In this document: one piece after another, positions 11,801-22,881 of the stretch
How positions within the stretch are numbered: the stretch's first letter is position 1
How the letters are laid out: each line of letters begins with the position of its first letter
DNA from: Emiliania huxleyi CCMP1516
Taxonomy: Eukaryota
Reading direction: 5' to 3'
NCBI RefSeq assembly: GCF_000372725.1
Contig: NW_005202428.1
Coordinates: 2,655,791 to 2,719,790 of the forward strand
Length of the DNA: 64,000 bases
Position numbers and translations under genes: made by a program
Notes under the pieces: model-generated
Seen by the model: the letters and a program-made list of their open reading frames with translations, nothing else
The model's database searches: none
What the model was told of the DNA's origin: nothing

Positions 11801-14800
11801 GCAGCGCCGCGACCGAGACGGGGCCCGCGAGGAGACGGAGCGACTTTGTGCGGTCGTGCGCGCGGCGGAAGGAGAGGACGTACTGCTCCGTCGCGAGGAA
11901 GAGCCGCTGCCGCCCCGTGGCGAAGACGCGCAGCTCCCCGTAGATCGGCGCGTCGAAGTCGAAGGCCAGGTTGGGGTGGTCGGGCGGGAGGGTCGAGTTG
12001 GCGTCGCGCACGGCGCTCGCCGTCAGCTGCTCGAGCGCCTCCACCTCCTCCGGCTGCTTGTCGCGCCACGTCTCGTACAGCAGCCCCTGCACGGCCAGCA
12101 GCTGCCAGTCCGCAGACGGGCTACCCTCCCGCTGCGCCGCGCCCGCGCCGCGCCCCGCCCGCTTGTGGGGCGTGTGGGGCGGCTGCGACGAGGAGCGCTC
12201 CACCAGGTTGGCCGCCAGGTTGGCCGGCAGCTCGATGAAGGACGAGGCGGCGCGCGCGAGCAGCGAGCGGCGCGCAGAGGCGCTGCCGTCGAGCGGGCTG
12301 AGCGACTCTCGGGCGGTGCCGAGGGCGAAGGTGGAGCGGCGGCGCGAGCTGAGCGAATCGGGGGAGACGAGCCACGCGGGCAGGTGGAGGAGGGGCGAGC
12401 CTGCGGGTTGGAGTCGCGTGAGGGCTAGAGTTGGGGGTCCTCCTCTGCTGGTGGGAGTTTGGCCGAGGTCCGTATTCCGCATCTCGGGCGCGCGAGCCGT
12501 CCGGGCCGCGCGTGTGCTCGCTCTGGTGCAGCACCTGTTGCAAGACGTGACATGGTGAGTACGACACATCACTCCCCGTCTGCTCGCCGCCGGTGCGGCA
12601 CCTCGGACAGCTTGGCGAAGAGGTGCGACCGCTTGCGCCGCACGCGCCGCTCGCGCGACGGCTGCAGCGCCGAGCTCGGGGAGCGCTCCCCGCGGTGGCG
12701 GAGGAGGAAGCGGTCCTCGCGCTTGCCGAAGGGCGTCGCCGCGGCGTTAGAGCTGGTCGAGAGGGGCGTGGTGAGGGGTGTGGAGAGCGCCTCCGACAGC
12801 GGCGTCGGCGGGGAGAGCTCCTCCCCGCTTGGCACGTGCAGCTGCGGCGGCAGCTGCGGCGGCGACGTGTCGCCATGGCGCACGTCGAAGCAAAAGGAGA
12901 CAGAGGAGGTGGGGGCACCGCCCGACGCCCCGCCGCCCGGCTCGCCGCCGCGTGCCACCTGGGCTACCCCAGGAGCAGCGGGCCCTGCCGCGCCACCACA
13001 CTGCCCCCCGCCCTCGCCCCACTCGCCGCCGCCGCGGGCCGGGCTGCCCGGCAGCGACGCCGACGGGGAGAGCGTCGCGGAGAGGGAGGCCTCGCCGCCC
13101 TCGCAGCCCTCGCTGCCGTCGCTGCCGCGCCTCGATGCGGCGGAGACGCGCGCGGGGCGGCGGCTGCGCCCGTTGCCCGGCGACTTTGGCTTTGCGATGG
13201 TCGGCTCGGGAGGGGGGCCCTTGCCGGGGGAGCGGGCCGGCTTGCCGGGAAGCAAGCGGCGGAAGCGCGAGCTGGCGGCGCGGCCGAGCGAGTCGGTGGT
13301 GGAGAGGACCTGAGGCACGTCCATGGCGCCGTCGTTGGGGCGCGGCCCTCGAGGAGGCGGCCGGGCTCGGTGTTCTTGCGGCGGTGCGGGCGAGCCAAGC
13401 AGAAGGGGGGGGGGGGGGCAGCGGGGCGGGCGGAGCACCTTGGTCGCCACCTGCGTGAGCGACTGCAGGTCGGCGAGCGAGAACTGGTACAGCGAGTCCT
13501 TGCCTGGCTCGGACAGGGCCGACTCGTCCACGCGGAGCAGCTCCTGGGTAGTGGACAGCTCGTTGTGTCATTCTCCTCCTTCCGCCCTTACTGATGTGTC
13601 CTGCGGGCGGCGTCACCTGGTCGAGCCCGCCGCCGAGGTACGCCTACGGTGAGTCCCCGCCCCTCATCTCGCGGCAGCTCCGGGCCTCGGGCCTCTCCTC
13701 GAGAGGGCGGCGCCTCGTGCGCCGCCGGCTCGCCGTGCAGCTGCACCATCTGCCAGTGGACGAAGCGGCGGAAGAGGAGGATCGTGTCGAGCTCGAGCAG
13801 CTCCTCCATCGTGAGCAGCTCCTGCGCGGCACACTCGCCGACGCGTCAAGGACGCGCCCTTTCACGGGTGCCCCTCCTGCGTCGCGAGCGCGGCTCCTCG
13901 CGCTGCGGCAGCGAGAGCGGCGGCAGCTGCGGCAAGTTGTACCTCCCGCGCCGGTGCAGGTGCAAGTACCTCTGCCGGATGGCGAGCACGCGCCACAGGG
14001 CGTTCCACGAGTGGCCCGACAGCTCAGTGCACACCTCGAGCGCCTCGCGCGACGCGAAGATGCAGCGCAGCGCGTACCTGGTGTGTGCAGTGCGACAGGA
14101 TGCAGTGCGACAGGACGCAGTGCGACAGGACGCAGCCCCGCCTGGTCTGCGGCGGCGTGGTGTGTCTCCAGCGTCTGGGAGGAGGCACAGTGTCTGCGAG
14201 GAGGCACAGTGTCTGCGAGGAGGCACCTCCACCACTCTCGCGGCGCCGCCCGCACAGGCACGTCAGGCCGCCCGTTGAGGCGCGCGCGCTGCCGCCGCAC
14301 GTAGAGGACGAGCGACTTGTCCACCTCCTCGAGGGCGGCCACCTGAGGGGAACGGATCGTGGACGAGTCGTGGACGCGTCCAGCGAAGCCTGTCGCTCCC
14401 CTCGAAGGTTGCGTCCGCCTGCCACGCAGAGACCTGCAGCCGGACCCGGACCGGCGTGCCGTCCTTGACTCGGTCGGCGGCGGCGGCGCCCTTTGCGCCC
14501 CTCCGCCGCGCGCTCTGCAGCGTCGAGTGCAGCGTGATCGCGGTGCGAGGCCGCGAGAGGTCGACGGCCTTGCAGGGCAGAGGAGTGGTGTGTGGCCGAG
14601 GGGAGGGGAGGGGGGAGGTGTGTGGCCGAGGGGAGGGGGAGGGGAGGGGGAGGGGAGGGGGAGGGCGAGCTGTGCCTCGCTCGTCTGCGAGACGAGCCGC
14701 AGGTCGAAGGAGAGCGGGCAGAGCAGCCACGACGGGTCGCTCGCCGCCTCCGCCTCGCCCTCCGCACCGCCCTCCTCCTCCGCCGCCGCCGCCGCTTGCG

Positions 14801-16728
14801 CGCCTCCCCTCGTGCCTCCGCCTCCGAAGTGCGCGAGGCACGCCATCGCGCTGAGCGAGCCCCCCGCGTCCTGCCCGGCAGCCGGTGAGGTCGACCTCTC
14901 GGACCCGCTGGCGGAGTAGATGCCGGCGGAGGCCGCCGAGACGCAGTAGATCGAGAGGTCCTGCGGGGGGCACCGGGCCGGGAGGGGGGTGGGGGGGAGG
15001 GAGGGGGGTGGGGGGAGGGAGGGGGGGTGCGAGAGGGGACGAGGATCTCCGCCCCGACGACTCCGCGGGGAGAGGGCGGGGGCGAGAGGCCTTTGCTGCG
15101 TGTGTGCTCCTGTGGGCGCGGTGCTGTGTCGCGGGTGCTGTGTCGCGGGTGCTGCGGCGAGGGGCTGTGTCGCGGTGCGGTAGAGCCTCCACGCACAGCG
15201 CCCTCGAGATGGTCCCTCCGCCTCCTGCAGCAGAAAAAGGCACCGCGCTGAGAGTGTGCTGGACACAGCGTCGTGCAGTGTGTGCAGGGGCATCGAGCCA
15301 GCACAGAGTCCGCCTTCGGGGCGAGCCACCTCTTCGGGGCGAGCCACCTCTCGCTGCCACATCGGCTCCACGCTCCTCTCGGCCCGTCTCGGCCCCCTCT
15401 CGCCTTCGGATCGAGCCGCCTCACGCTGTTCCTTCGGCGGGTCGGCGACGGTCGCGGAGCGCACCATCACCCCAAAGGCGGCGGGGGCGCCCGAGGCGAG
15501 GAAGGTGAACTCGTACCTGCGGGTGGCGCAGGAGGCGGTGCCGAGGCGGCGCAGGAGGCGGCGCAGGAGGCGGCGGAGGAGGCGGTGCCGAGGCGGTGCC
15601 GAGGTGTAGCTGAGGTGGGGTGTGTGGGGAGGGGCGAGGCTTGCCCCGGATGTGGACGTGGCGAGAGCCACATCTCGGCTCTATCTCGGCTCTATCTCGG
15701 CGTGATCTCGCACCGGATGTGGACGTGCGAGATGCGGACGGTGGCGTTGAGGAGCGCCTTGCCCACGGGGAGGGGTCCGTGAGACGCGCAGCTTTTGCTT
15801 GCGGACCGACGCCCGTCGATCTCGGCTCGATCTCGGCTCGATCTCGGCTCGATCTCGGCTCGATCTCGGCTCGATCTCGGCTCGATCTCGGCTCGATCTC
15901 GGCTCGATCTCGGCTCGATCTCGGCTCGATCTCGGCTCGATCTCGGCCGATCTCGAGCGGTAGCACTTGCTGAGCGACCCTGGCGCCGAAGGCACGGAGC
16001 TTGCGCATGCCGCCGTGGCTCGAGCCGTCGGGCTGCGCGCCGAGGTCGTTGGAGATCGAGCGCGAGTGCGCCTGCCACAGCTCCGCGCCCGCGATCGCCT
16101 GCTGCTTCTCACGCCGAAAGATGGAGCGGGCGACCTACGGGAGGGAGGAGGGGAGGGGAGGGGAGGAGGGGGTGGTGGAGGGGCGGTGGAGAGGCGGGGA
16201 GGCGGGGCGGCGGAGGAGGGGCAGCGCAGCGTCTCTCGCGCGTGTCTCGCGCGTGTCTCTTTCCCGTCTCCCTCCCTCGGCTCGCCTCGATGGGCGGATC
16301 GTCTCTCGGCGCGAGGACGAGGGCGAGGCCGTCAAGCTCGAGCTCGATCCGGTGGCGGGTGAGGAGGGCGCGCAGCGAGAACTTGACGCGCACGCGCCGC
16401 ACGTGCGACGAAAGCACCTGCCGTCGTGCCGTGTTCGTGCTCTGGCGCGGGTGTGGGTGGTGGAGCCGAGCAGAGGAAGGCTTCAATCATGGCCGACGGC
16501 GTTAGCGGTGGAGCAGAACACTGGTGGTGTGTGGCGGACGGGAGGCGCGGCTCGCGCCTCGACGGGAAGCGTGTAGTTGCGCGAGAGGAAGGCGGCGTGC
16601 AGCCGGACATCCTCGAGCTCGATGAGGCCCGCGCGGAGGTCGACGCGGCAGACCGGGTTGTTCGGGTCGATCGGAATGAGCACCTCATGCAGCCGCTTCT
16701 CGATTAGCTCGACAAGCCAGCGCGACAT
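8895..16728 (-). CDS. Large multi-exon protein with an N-terminal chorein domain (VPS13/bridge-like lipid transfer family); 3' extent uncertain
   Basis: Exons MSRWLVELIEKRL...GLIELEDVRL, VRRVRVKFSLRALLTRHRIELELDGLALVL, LLNATVRISHVHIRYE, AAPREWWRYALRCI and LEELDTILLFRRF-like match the VPS13 N-terminal pattern. Downstream exons are low-complexity and could include a second gene. Confidence 0.65.
15817..15950. repeat. Intronic 11-bp tandem repeat (GATCTCGGCTC)n, about 12 copies
   Basis: Directly visible. It produces the RSSRDRAEIEP pseudo-ORFs. Confidence 0.95.
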
Positions 16729-16914
16729 GCGCGCGAATCGAAACTCTCAGCGAATATACCGGTCGGCGCTGGGCATTCAGTGTCCTCAAAAGCCCGACAT
16801 CGACTCACCTTGCCGCCGCGGTGGCCGGCAAACGGCAAAGAATTCCGGCTGCGCGTGTGCTGTCATGGGCATCAAGTCTGTGTGCTGTGATCCTGTGTGA
16901 GCTCTGTGTCTTGG

Positions 16915-17245
16915 TTTGCCAACACTTCTTGGGCGCGGACGGCTTGTTGGCGAGCCAAATTGGTGATGTCCGAGGCGCTGCGCTAGGCTCAGACAGAGCG
17001 AGTTCGCGCTGCGCTAGGCTCAGACGGCGAGTTCGATTCGCGCTGCGCTAGGCTCACAGTACACAGACGGCGAGAGTGTGGGGAGTGCGCTGCGATAGAA
17101 AGAAGGAGAGAGACGAGACAGGTGTGATACAAAAGTGAGGACGCGCCTGGCGGCGCGCCCCCAAAAAGAATTTTCCTGAAAATTTACAACAAAGCTCCCT
17201 CGCACGACACTGGGCACGGGACTGGCGCGCGCTGGCACACACAGG
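16915..17245 (-). repeat. Left arm of a ~300 bp inverted repeat (partner 19470-19720)
   Basis: Contains 3x GCGCTGCGCTAGGCTCA and GGCTTGTTGGCGAGCCAAA; the reverse complement is present at 19545-19690. Confidence 0.85.
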
Positions 17246-17296
17246 TAGATACACTACGGGAGCGACTCCTGCGAGGGCGGCGAGGCACTTACTTAG

Positions 17297-18560
17297 TTAG
17301 GTCTTAGCTCCGTGCACTCGCCCGCCCCCGCCACAGGCTAGCTCATTCACAATAATCTGCTCTGCGATTGCCGTGTGAAGAACGACCGAGATACGCGGCT
17401 TCTGCAGCATGTTCTGCAGCCCCAGCCAATTCTTGGTACTTTGGTGGTCCAAGTCACCTCGCCGAGGTACTGGGCCCGCGTCAGCTTGTTCTGTAGCACG
17501 TCCGTCGCCTTCCAGAGGATCTCGCGGACCCCCTTCCCGAACCCGCCGAACCCGCCGAACGATTCGAACAGCAGCAGCTGTGCACGTCGACGTCCTTGTC
17601 TTCCCTGGCCGGTAGCGATAGTCCCCGCCGTAGGACTGCGGCGGTCGCCGCCCACCACCCTGCCCCCCCTGGTATGCCATCGCCCGGTCCCTTGCCCTCT
17701 CTCGCCCTTGCTCTTCCTCTCCCCTTCCATGCCGTCCCCCCCGTACCCCTCCCCCCCCCACCCCCCCCTCCTCCTCTCCCCCCCCCCCCTCTCCCCCCCC
17801 CCTCTCCCCCTCTCCCTCCTCGCAGTAGGGCCCATGCCCCTCAACCATGTTCCGGTAGAATGATTCGGTGTTGCCGAAAGCGACAAAAGCGCCCTTCCGA
17901 CGTGCTCCAGCCGTGCTCCCCGCTGCTGCTGAGGGGGGACAGACGACCTTGACATCTCCGCAATAGTGCATTGCCGCCCCTGCCAATGTTGTCCGCATCC
18001 ACGTCGGGTTGTTTGTTGTAACTCTGACCGAGGTGGTTTGTCGGCTCCATTCGCACAGCGGTGCCCCACGCGGCGCGTAGGGCGAGGATGAGGCGTCGAA
18101 GCGTGTAGTTGTGTCTGATGTTGTGGCCCTGCTGCGAAATATTTTCCCTACAAATCCGGAAGGCAGCTTCGATTGCCATCCAGACATGGGTACGGAACAA
18201 CGACAAGACCAGGGCACGGGTAGATGAGCGAGAGAAGGATGTAGGATGGATAGGGCGCCTGTTCACGGCATGGAGAGTGAGCCACGCCGAACGGAAGGAG
18301 TCCGGAAGACGAATCGATGACGATGACACGTCACTAGCAATCTCCCCTTGTCAGCTGTCATGATGCACCCGAAGGGAACCCTAGCGCCAACACCGACCGT
18401 GGAGGTACAAGAAACGAGAGTGGACCTGAGCAATGATATGACTTGGCGGCAAATGATCGGAGTGGGAGTCAGAAGAGTGGTCCTTGCGCGAGGAGAGCTT
18501 GATAAACTCGAGGGGCCAAAATACGCCGCGAGGAGGGCGGAGTTGCGCCGAGAGGCGCGG
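17297..18560 (-). mobile_element. Decayed 3' part of a non-LTR retrotransposon with a restriction-like endonuclease (CRE/R2-type)
   Basis: Frameshifted fragments in the expected order: RSAWLT, HNIRHN, VRMEP...KQPDV, GDVKVVCP (PD-(D/E)xK-like), LLFESFGGFG and RISVVLHTAIA. Interrupted by a poly-C/G tract. Confidence 0.65.
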
Positions 18561-19469
18561 GAGTAGCCGCGAGAGCAAGGGAGCGGCAGGCGGCGGTGTC
18601 GTCGCAGAACGAGGAGCGGAGAGCGACGAGACAAGAGGATGAAGCGGCAGGAGGGAGAACGACGAGAGTGGGACGACCGCGAGGCGGCATGAAGGTTTTG
18701 CTGTGAGAATCGGCGAGGGACTGCGAAGAGAGATAGAGAAAGGGGCAAACGCCCAAAGGTGATGCCTGTCGCCGCTGCCGAAGTCGGATCAGTGACGTCC
18801 TGGGGATTGCGTCCCCGGCAGTGGTGACGGGTGCGGCGACGAGGGTGGCTGGAGGCGGGATCGGCGAGAGACTGCGAAGAGAGATATCGAAGAGAGATAG
18901 TAAGTGAGGCAGCCGCACACCTTCCTTCCCGTGACATCCCTGTGTGTGTTGTCTTGACGGCGTGCCGTCCTCCCACATCCCTCCTTTGGGGAGGGTGTTG
19001 TTTCTTTCTTTTCACGCCTCGCACGAGAGAAAAGAATTTGGGCCTCTCTCACACAGCAGACAGACTCGACCCCTGTCAGTGTGCCTGTGGTAGCGAGAGA
19101 CTGCCAGTGAGAAGCTGGAGGCAGCAGGTTGCAGGTCGCTATAGATTGAGATGAGACCGCCAGAGTCAGTGGGAGTTGGGAGTCCACCGAGCACCGCGCT
19201 GCGAGCCTGTCGTGTCCCTTGTCAGGAGCATCGGAGAACCCCCTGTGCCCCTGATCGTCCTTCCAAAATCCTGCTCGTGCAGGTGGGGACCCTGTCCTCC
19301 TCCCATTCCTCGTTAGGGTTTGTGTTTTCTTTCTTTCTTCAGGCTCGACACAGCTCACAGGTGCGGACTGGCGCGTGCTAGCACTAAAACATTTTAACCA
19401 CCGGAGCCGCCTAACCGACTGCGGTAAGAATGGGGAACATTCCACGACAAGAGTGGGGTGCTAACATTC

Positions 19470-19720
19470 TTTTCGCGCGCCAGTCCCGTGCCCAGTGTCG
19501 TGTGGTAAAATTCTTTTCGTCTCCCGCTTTTCGACCCTGTTTTTTTCTTCTATCGCAGCGCACTCGCATCTGTGAGCCTAGCGCAGCGCGAACTCGCCGT
19601 CTGGGCCTAGCGCAGCGCGAACTCGCTCTGAGCCTAGCGCAGCGCCTCGGAAAACACCATTTTGGCTCGCCAACAAGCCCTCCGCGCCCCCACACCGTTA
19701 GGATAATGGCGTTGGCAAAA
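19470..19720 (+). repeat. Right arm of the inverted repeat (partner 16915-17245)
   Basis: 3x G(A/G)GCCTAGCGCAGCGC and TTTGGCTCGCCAACAAGCC. Confidence 0.85.
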
Positions 19721-19835
19721 TTCTTTTGCGTGTTAGTGCCAGTGCGCGCCAGTCCCGTGCCCAGTTTTCTGCGAGGGAGTTCCCTGGTAAAATTCTTTTG
19801 CGTTTTCCCTCGTTGTAACACTCGTTGGAAGCGAC

Positions 19836-21919
19836 ATGCGTCTGCCGCACCTCGAGCAGCTTCAGCCTCCGCCTCCGCCGTCTGGGAGGAGGCTGCCGCT
19901 CCTCGACGGCACGCCGTTTCGAATCGGCCGCAATGCCGACTCGGAAGCAGTCGTTCACGGCGAGTTCATCAGCCGCGATCACGCGAGCCTCCGCAAGTCG
20001 GACTCCGGCGGCTGGGTGCTCCGTGATCTGTCTCGCAACGGCGTCTTCATCGCGGGTTCGCTGCGGCTGAAGCCGAACCAGGACCACATCCTCACCGACG
20101 GCGACGAGATCCGACTCGGTGGACCTGGAGCCGATGCGGAGGCCATCTTCCGTTTTGTGCATCCGTCCAGTGGCTCGCCCGCACTTGCCGGTGGCGAGGA
20201 GGAGGCGGGCGGCGAGGAGATGGAGGCGGCTGGCGAGCAGACGGAGGCGGGTGGAGAGAGGGACGGCGAGGCGGAGGCGGCGGAAGAGAGCGAGGAGGAG
20301 TGCACGCAGGAGGACCCGGAGCTGATGCACTGCCTCGCCGCCGCCGCCGCCGCCGCCGCTGGTGCAGCTCCAGCCTCCTCTGCCGCATCTGACGACCTCG
20401 ACGACGAGACTGCTCCGGGCCTGGCTTCCGTCATGCCCTTCTCTCTCTCGAACGCCGAGTTCGTGGAGGCTGCCCGGGGCGTGTGCGCCGCTGAGGCTGC
20501 CGCTGCGGCGGCGGCGGCGGCGGAGGAGGAGGAGCGAGCGGCCAGCAAGCCGGTCGCGGCGGCGGCGGCCGTCTCGGGGACGGGCGGCGCTGGTGCGGCT
20601 CCGGCCGCAAAGCGCGCGCGCATCGACTGCTTTTACCCCGACGCAGGGGCGGCGGCGCGAGACGCGACGGGAGCGCCGGCGCCAGGCTCGCCGGTGGGCG
20701 GCAGCAGCACGGGCCAGTCAGGCGCAGCTGCGGCGGCGCCGTCTGCGGGCGGGGGCTCGTCGCGGTCGCACGGGGGCGGCGTGGCGGCAGCGGGGTCGGG
20801 TGCCGGGGCGGGCCGGCTGCACGGCTTCTCTCGCAAGCCGTCGCAGGAGGCCAGGGCGTTGGCCGAGGCGGACGCCGTCCGCCCGGACGGGCAGGGCGAG
20901 CTGGGCCACAGGTTTGGCGCTCCGCCCTTCTCCGTGCTCAACAGCCAGAGGGGGTACTGGAAGGAGCGGAGGCACTTCTGGGAGGGGACGTACAACGTGC
21001 ACTCCGAGGAGGGCCGCGGCGACAACCTCATCGGCTACAAGGGCCTCGGAGGCGAGGGGGCGAGGGGCACGTCCGTCTTCTGCCCCGTCCTCTCGGAGCT
21101 CTGCTGCCGCTGGTGCCCGCCCCCTCCCGCCCCTCCCGCCGCACCGGGCACGCCCTCCACTTGGACACGTCCCTCGACACGCCCCGCGCCTCGCCCCCCG
21201 CCCCCCCCCCACCCTTCAGGTGGTGCCCCGCCGGAGGGACTGTGCTCGACCCGTTCGCCGGAGGGTCTGTGCGCGGCGTGGTCGCCGGCTGGCTCGGCCT
21301 GCGGTACGTCGGCCTCGAGCTGCGGCGCGAGCAGATCGCGAGGAACCGCGAGCAGGCGGCGCGCGCCGGCGCGGTCGCGGGGTCGAGCGGCCACCGCTGG
21401 CGGCCTCCGGAGTGGGTGGAGGCGGACGCGCGAGAGCTCGCCGATGGCGACGGCCCCGCGGGCGCGCCTCGGCAGGCCGACTTTGTCTTTTCGTGCCCGC
21501 CGTACTTTGACCTCGAGCAGTACTCGGACGACCCCCGCGACCTGTCGAGGGCGCACAGCTACGCCACCTTCCTCGCCGCCTACGAGGCGATCATCGCCGC
21601 CGCCGCGCACCGCCTCAAGCCTCGCCGCTTCGCCTGCTTCGTCGTCGGCGAGATCCGCGATGGCGACGGCTTCATGCGCAACTTTGTGGGCGACACCGTC
21701 TCCGCCTTCCAAAAGGCGGGCTGCCGGCTGTACAACTCGTGCGTGATGCTGCTCCCCTTCAACACGCTGCCCGTGCGGGCCGGCAAAGCGATGGCCTCCT
21801 CCGCCAAGCTGGGCATGTGCCACCAGCACGTGCTCGTCTTCTACAACGGCCGCAACCCCGCGGCGGAGGTCAAGGGTCTCAAACTCGCAAACATGACGCG
21901 CCCGCTCGAGTGGGAGTGA
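19836..21919 (+). CDS. FHA domain plus phage-type amino (N6-adenine/N4-cytosine) DNA methyltransferase; exons 19836-21112 and 21220-21919 (658 aa)
   Basis: FHA motifs FRIGR, ISRDHA, DLSRNGVF and LTDGDEIRLG. MTase motifs FGAPPFSVL, TSVFCPVLSEL, VLDPFAGGSVRG (SAM-binding motif I) and DFVFSCPPYFDLEQYS (motif IV variant). A GT-AG intron at 21113-21219 restores the frame (CRWWCPAGG). Confidence 0.85.
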
Positions 21920-22120
21920 GAGGTGTGCCGGCCGGGCAGGGATGGGCGCCTTACTCTGACTGGGTCTGGGATTCTGTGGCGCGCAACACTGAGTTACTTT
22001 TTACAGAGAGATCAGAGTGTGTGGAGGTCGTCGGCGTCGGACCCATCCATGGCATTGGGCGTGATATTAATACAACATGCAACATGCACACATGCTATCT
22101 ATGTGCATGTGCATGCACAA

Positions 22121-22455
22121 TGTCAATGTCAATGTCAATGTCAATGTCAATGTCAATGTCAATGTCAATGTCAATGTCAATGTCAATGTCAATGTCAATG
22201 TCAATGTCAATGTCAATGTCAATGTCAATGTCAATGTCAATGTCAATGTCAATGTCAATGTCAATGTCAATGTCAATGTCAATGTCAATGTCAATGTCAA
22301 TGTCAATGTCAATGTCAATGTCAATGTCAATGTCAATGTCAATGTCAATGTCAATGTCAATGTCAATGTCAATGTCAATGTCAATGTCAATGTCAATGTC
22401 AATGTCAATGTCAATGTCAATGTCAATGTCAATGTCAATGTCAATGTCAATGTCA
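22121..22455. repeat. Perfect hexanucleotide microsatellite (TGTCAA)55
   Basis: Directly visible. CATGCACACATG occurs on both sides (22083 and 22454). Confidence 0.98.
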
Positions 22456-22881
22456 TGCACACATGTATGTCCGATGACCGATGTGGGCGGACCCCCCCGA
22501 CCGCCGGGGCAGACGCACGCGAGAGGCGAGACCGCGAGACGTCGTCTGGCAGCCGCCCATTATGCAGCCGCCCCCCGCGCGGCCCGGGTCCGCAGATCTT
22601 GCGAGGTCGATATAGAATACTAACGTACTGATTACATTAGATATCCAGGCGCGCGGCGAGCTCTACGGGCTACGCGCGTTCCCGTTCGGCGTGTGCGCTC
22701 TTGTTTTTCCGAAGTCAAAATTATCACGCGCAAGTTTGAGCGATGCCGGCGGGGGGAGAACGAAAAATCCGCACGGGGATGTGTGGACTATACAGTCTCA
22801 GCTCTAGTCTACAGGAGGGGGCGGGGGGTCCGAAGGTCGACGACGCGGCAGAGAGCATCTCTAGGTCCTACACCTACAGTG

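Noticed and set aside
19836..21919. Bacterial or phage contamination, or a restriction-modification operon
   Set aside because: The gene has a spliceosomal-type intron, host-like composition and host repeats on both sides, and no neighbouring nuclease or phage genes.
21739..22631. ORFs with poly-MS, QC, NV, TL or DI
   Set aside because: Translations of the TGTCAA microsatellite.
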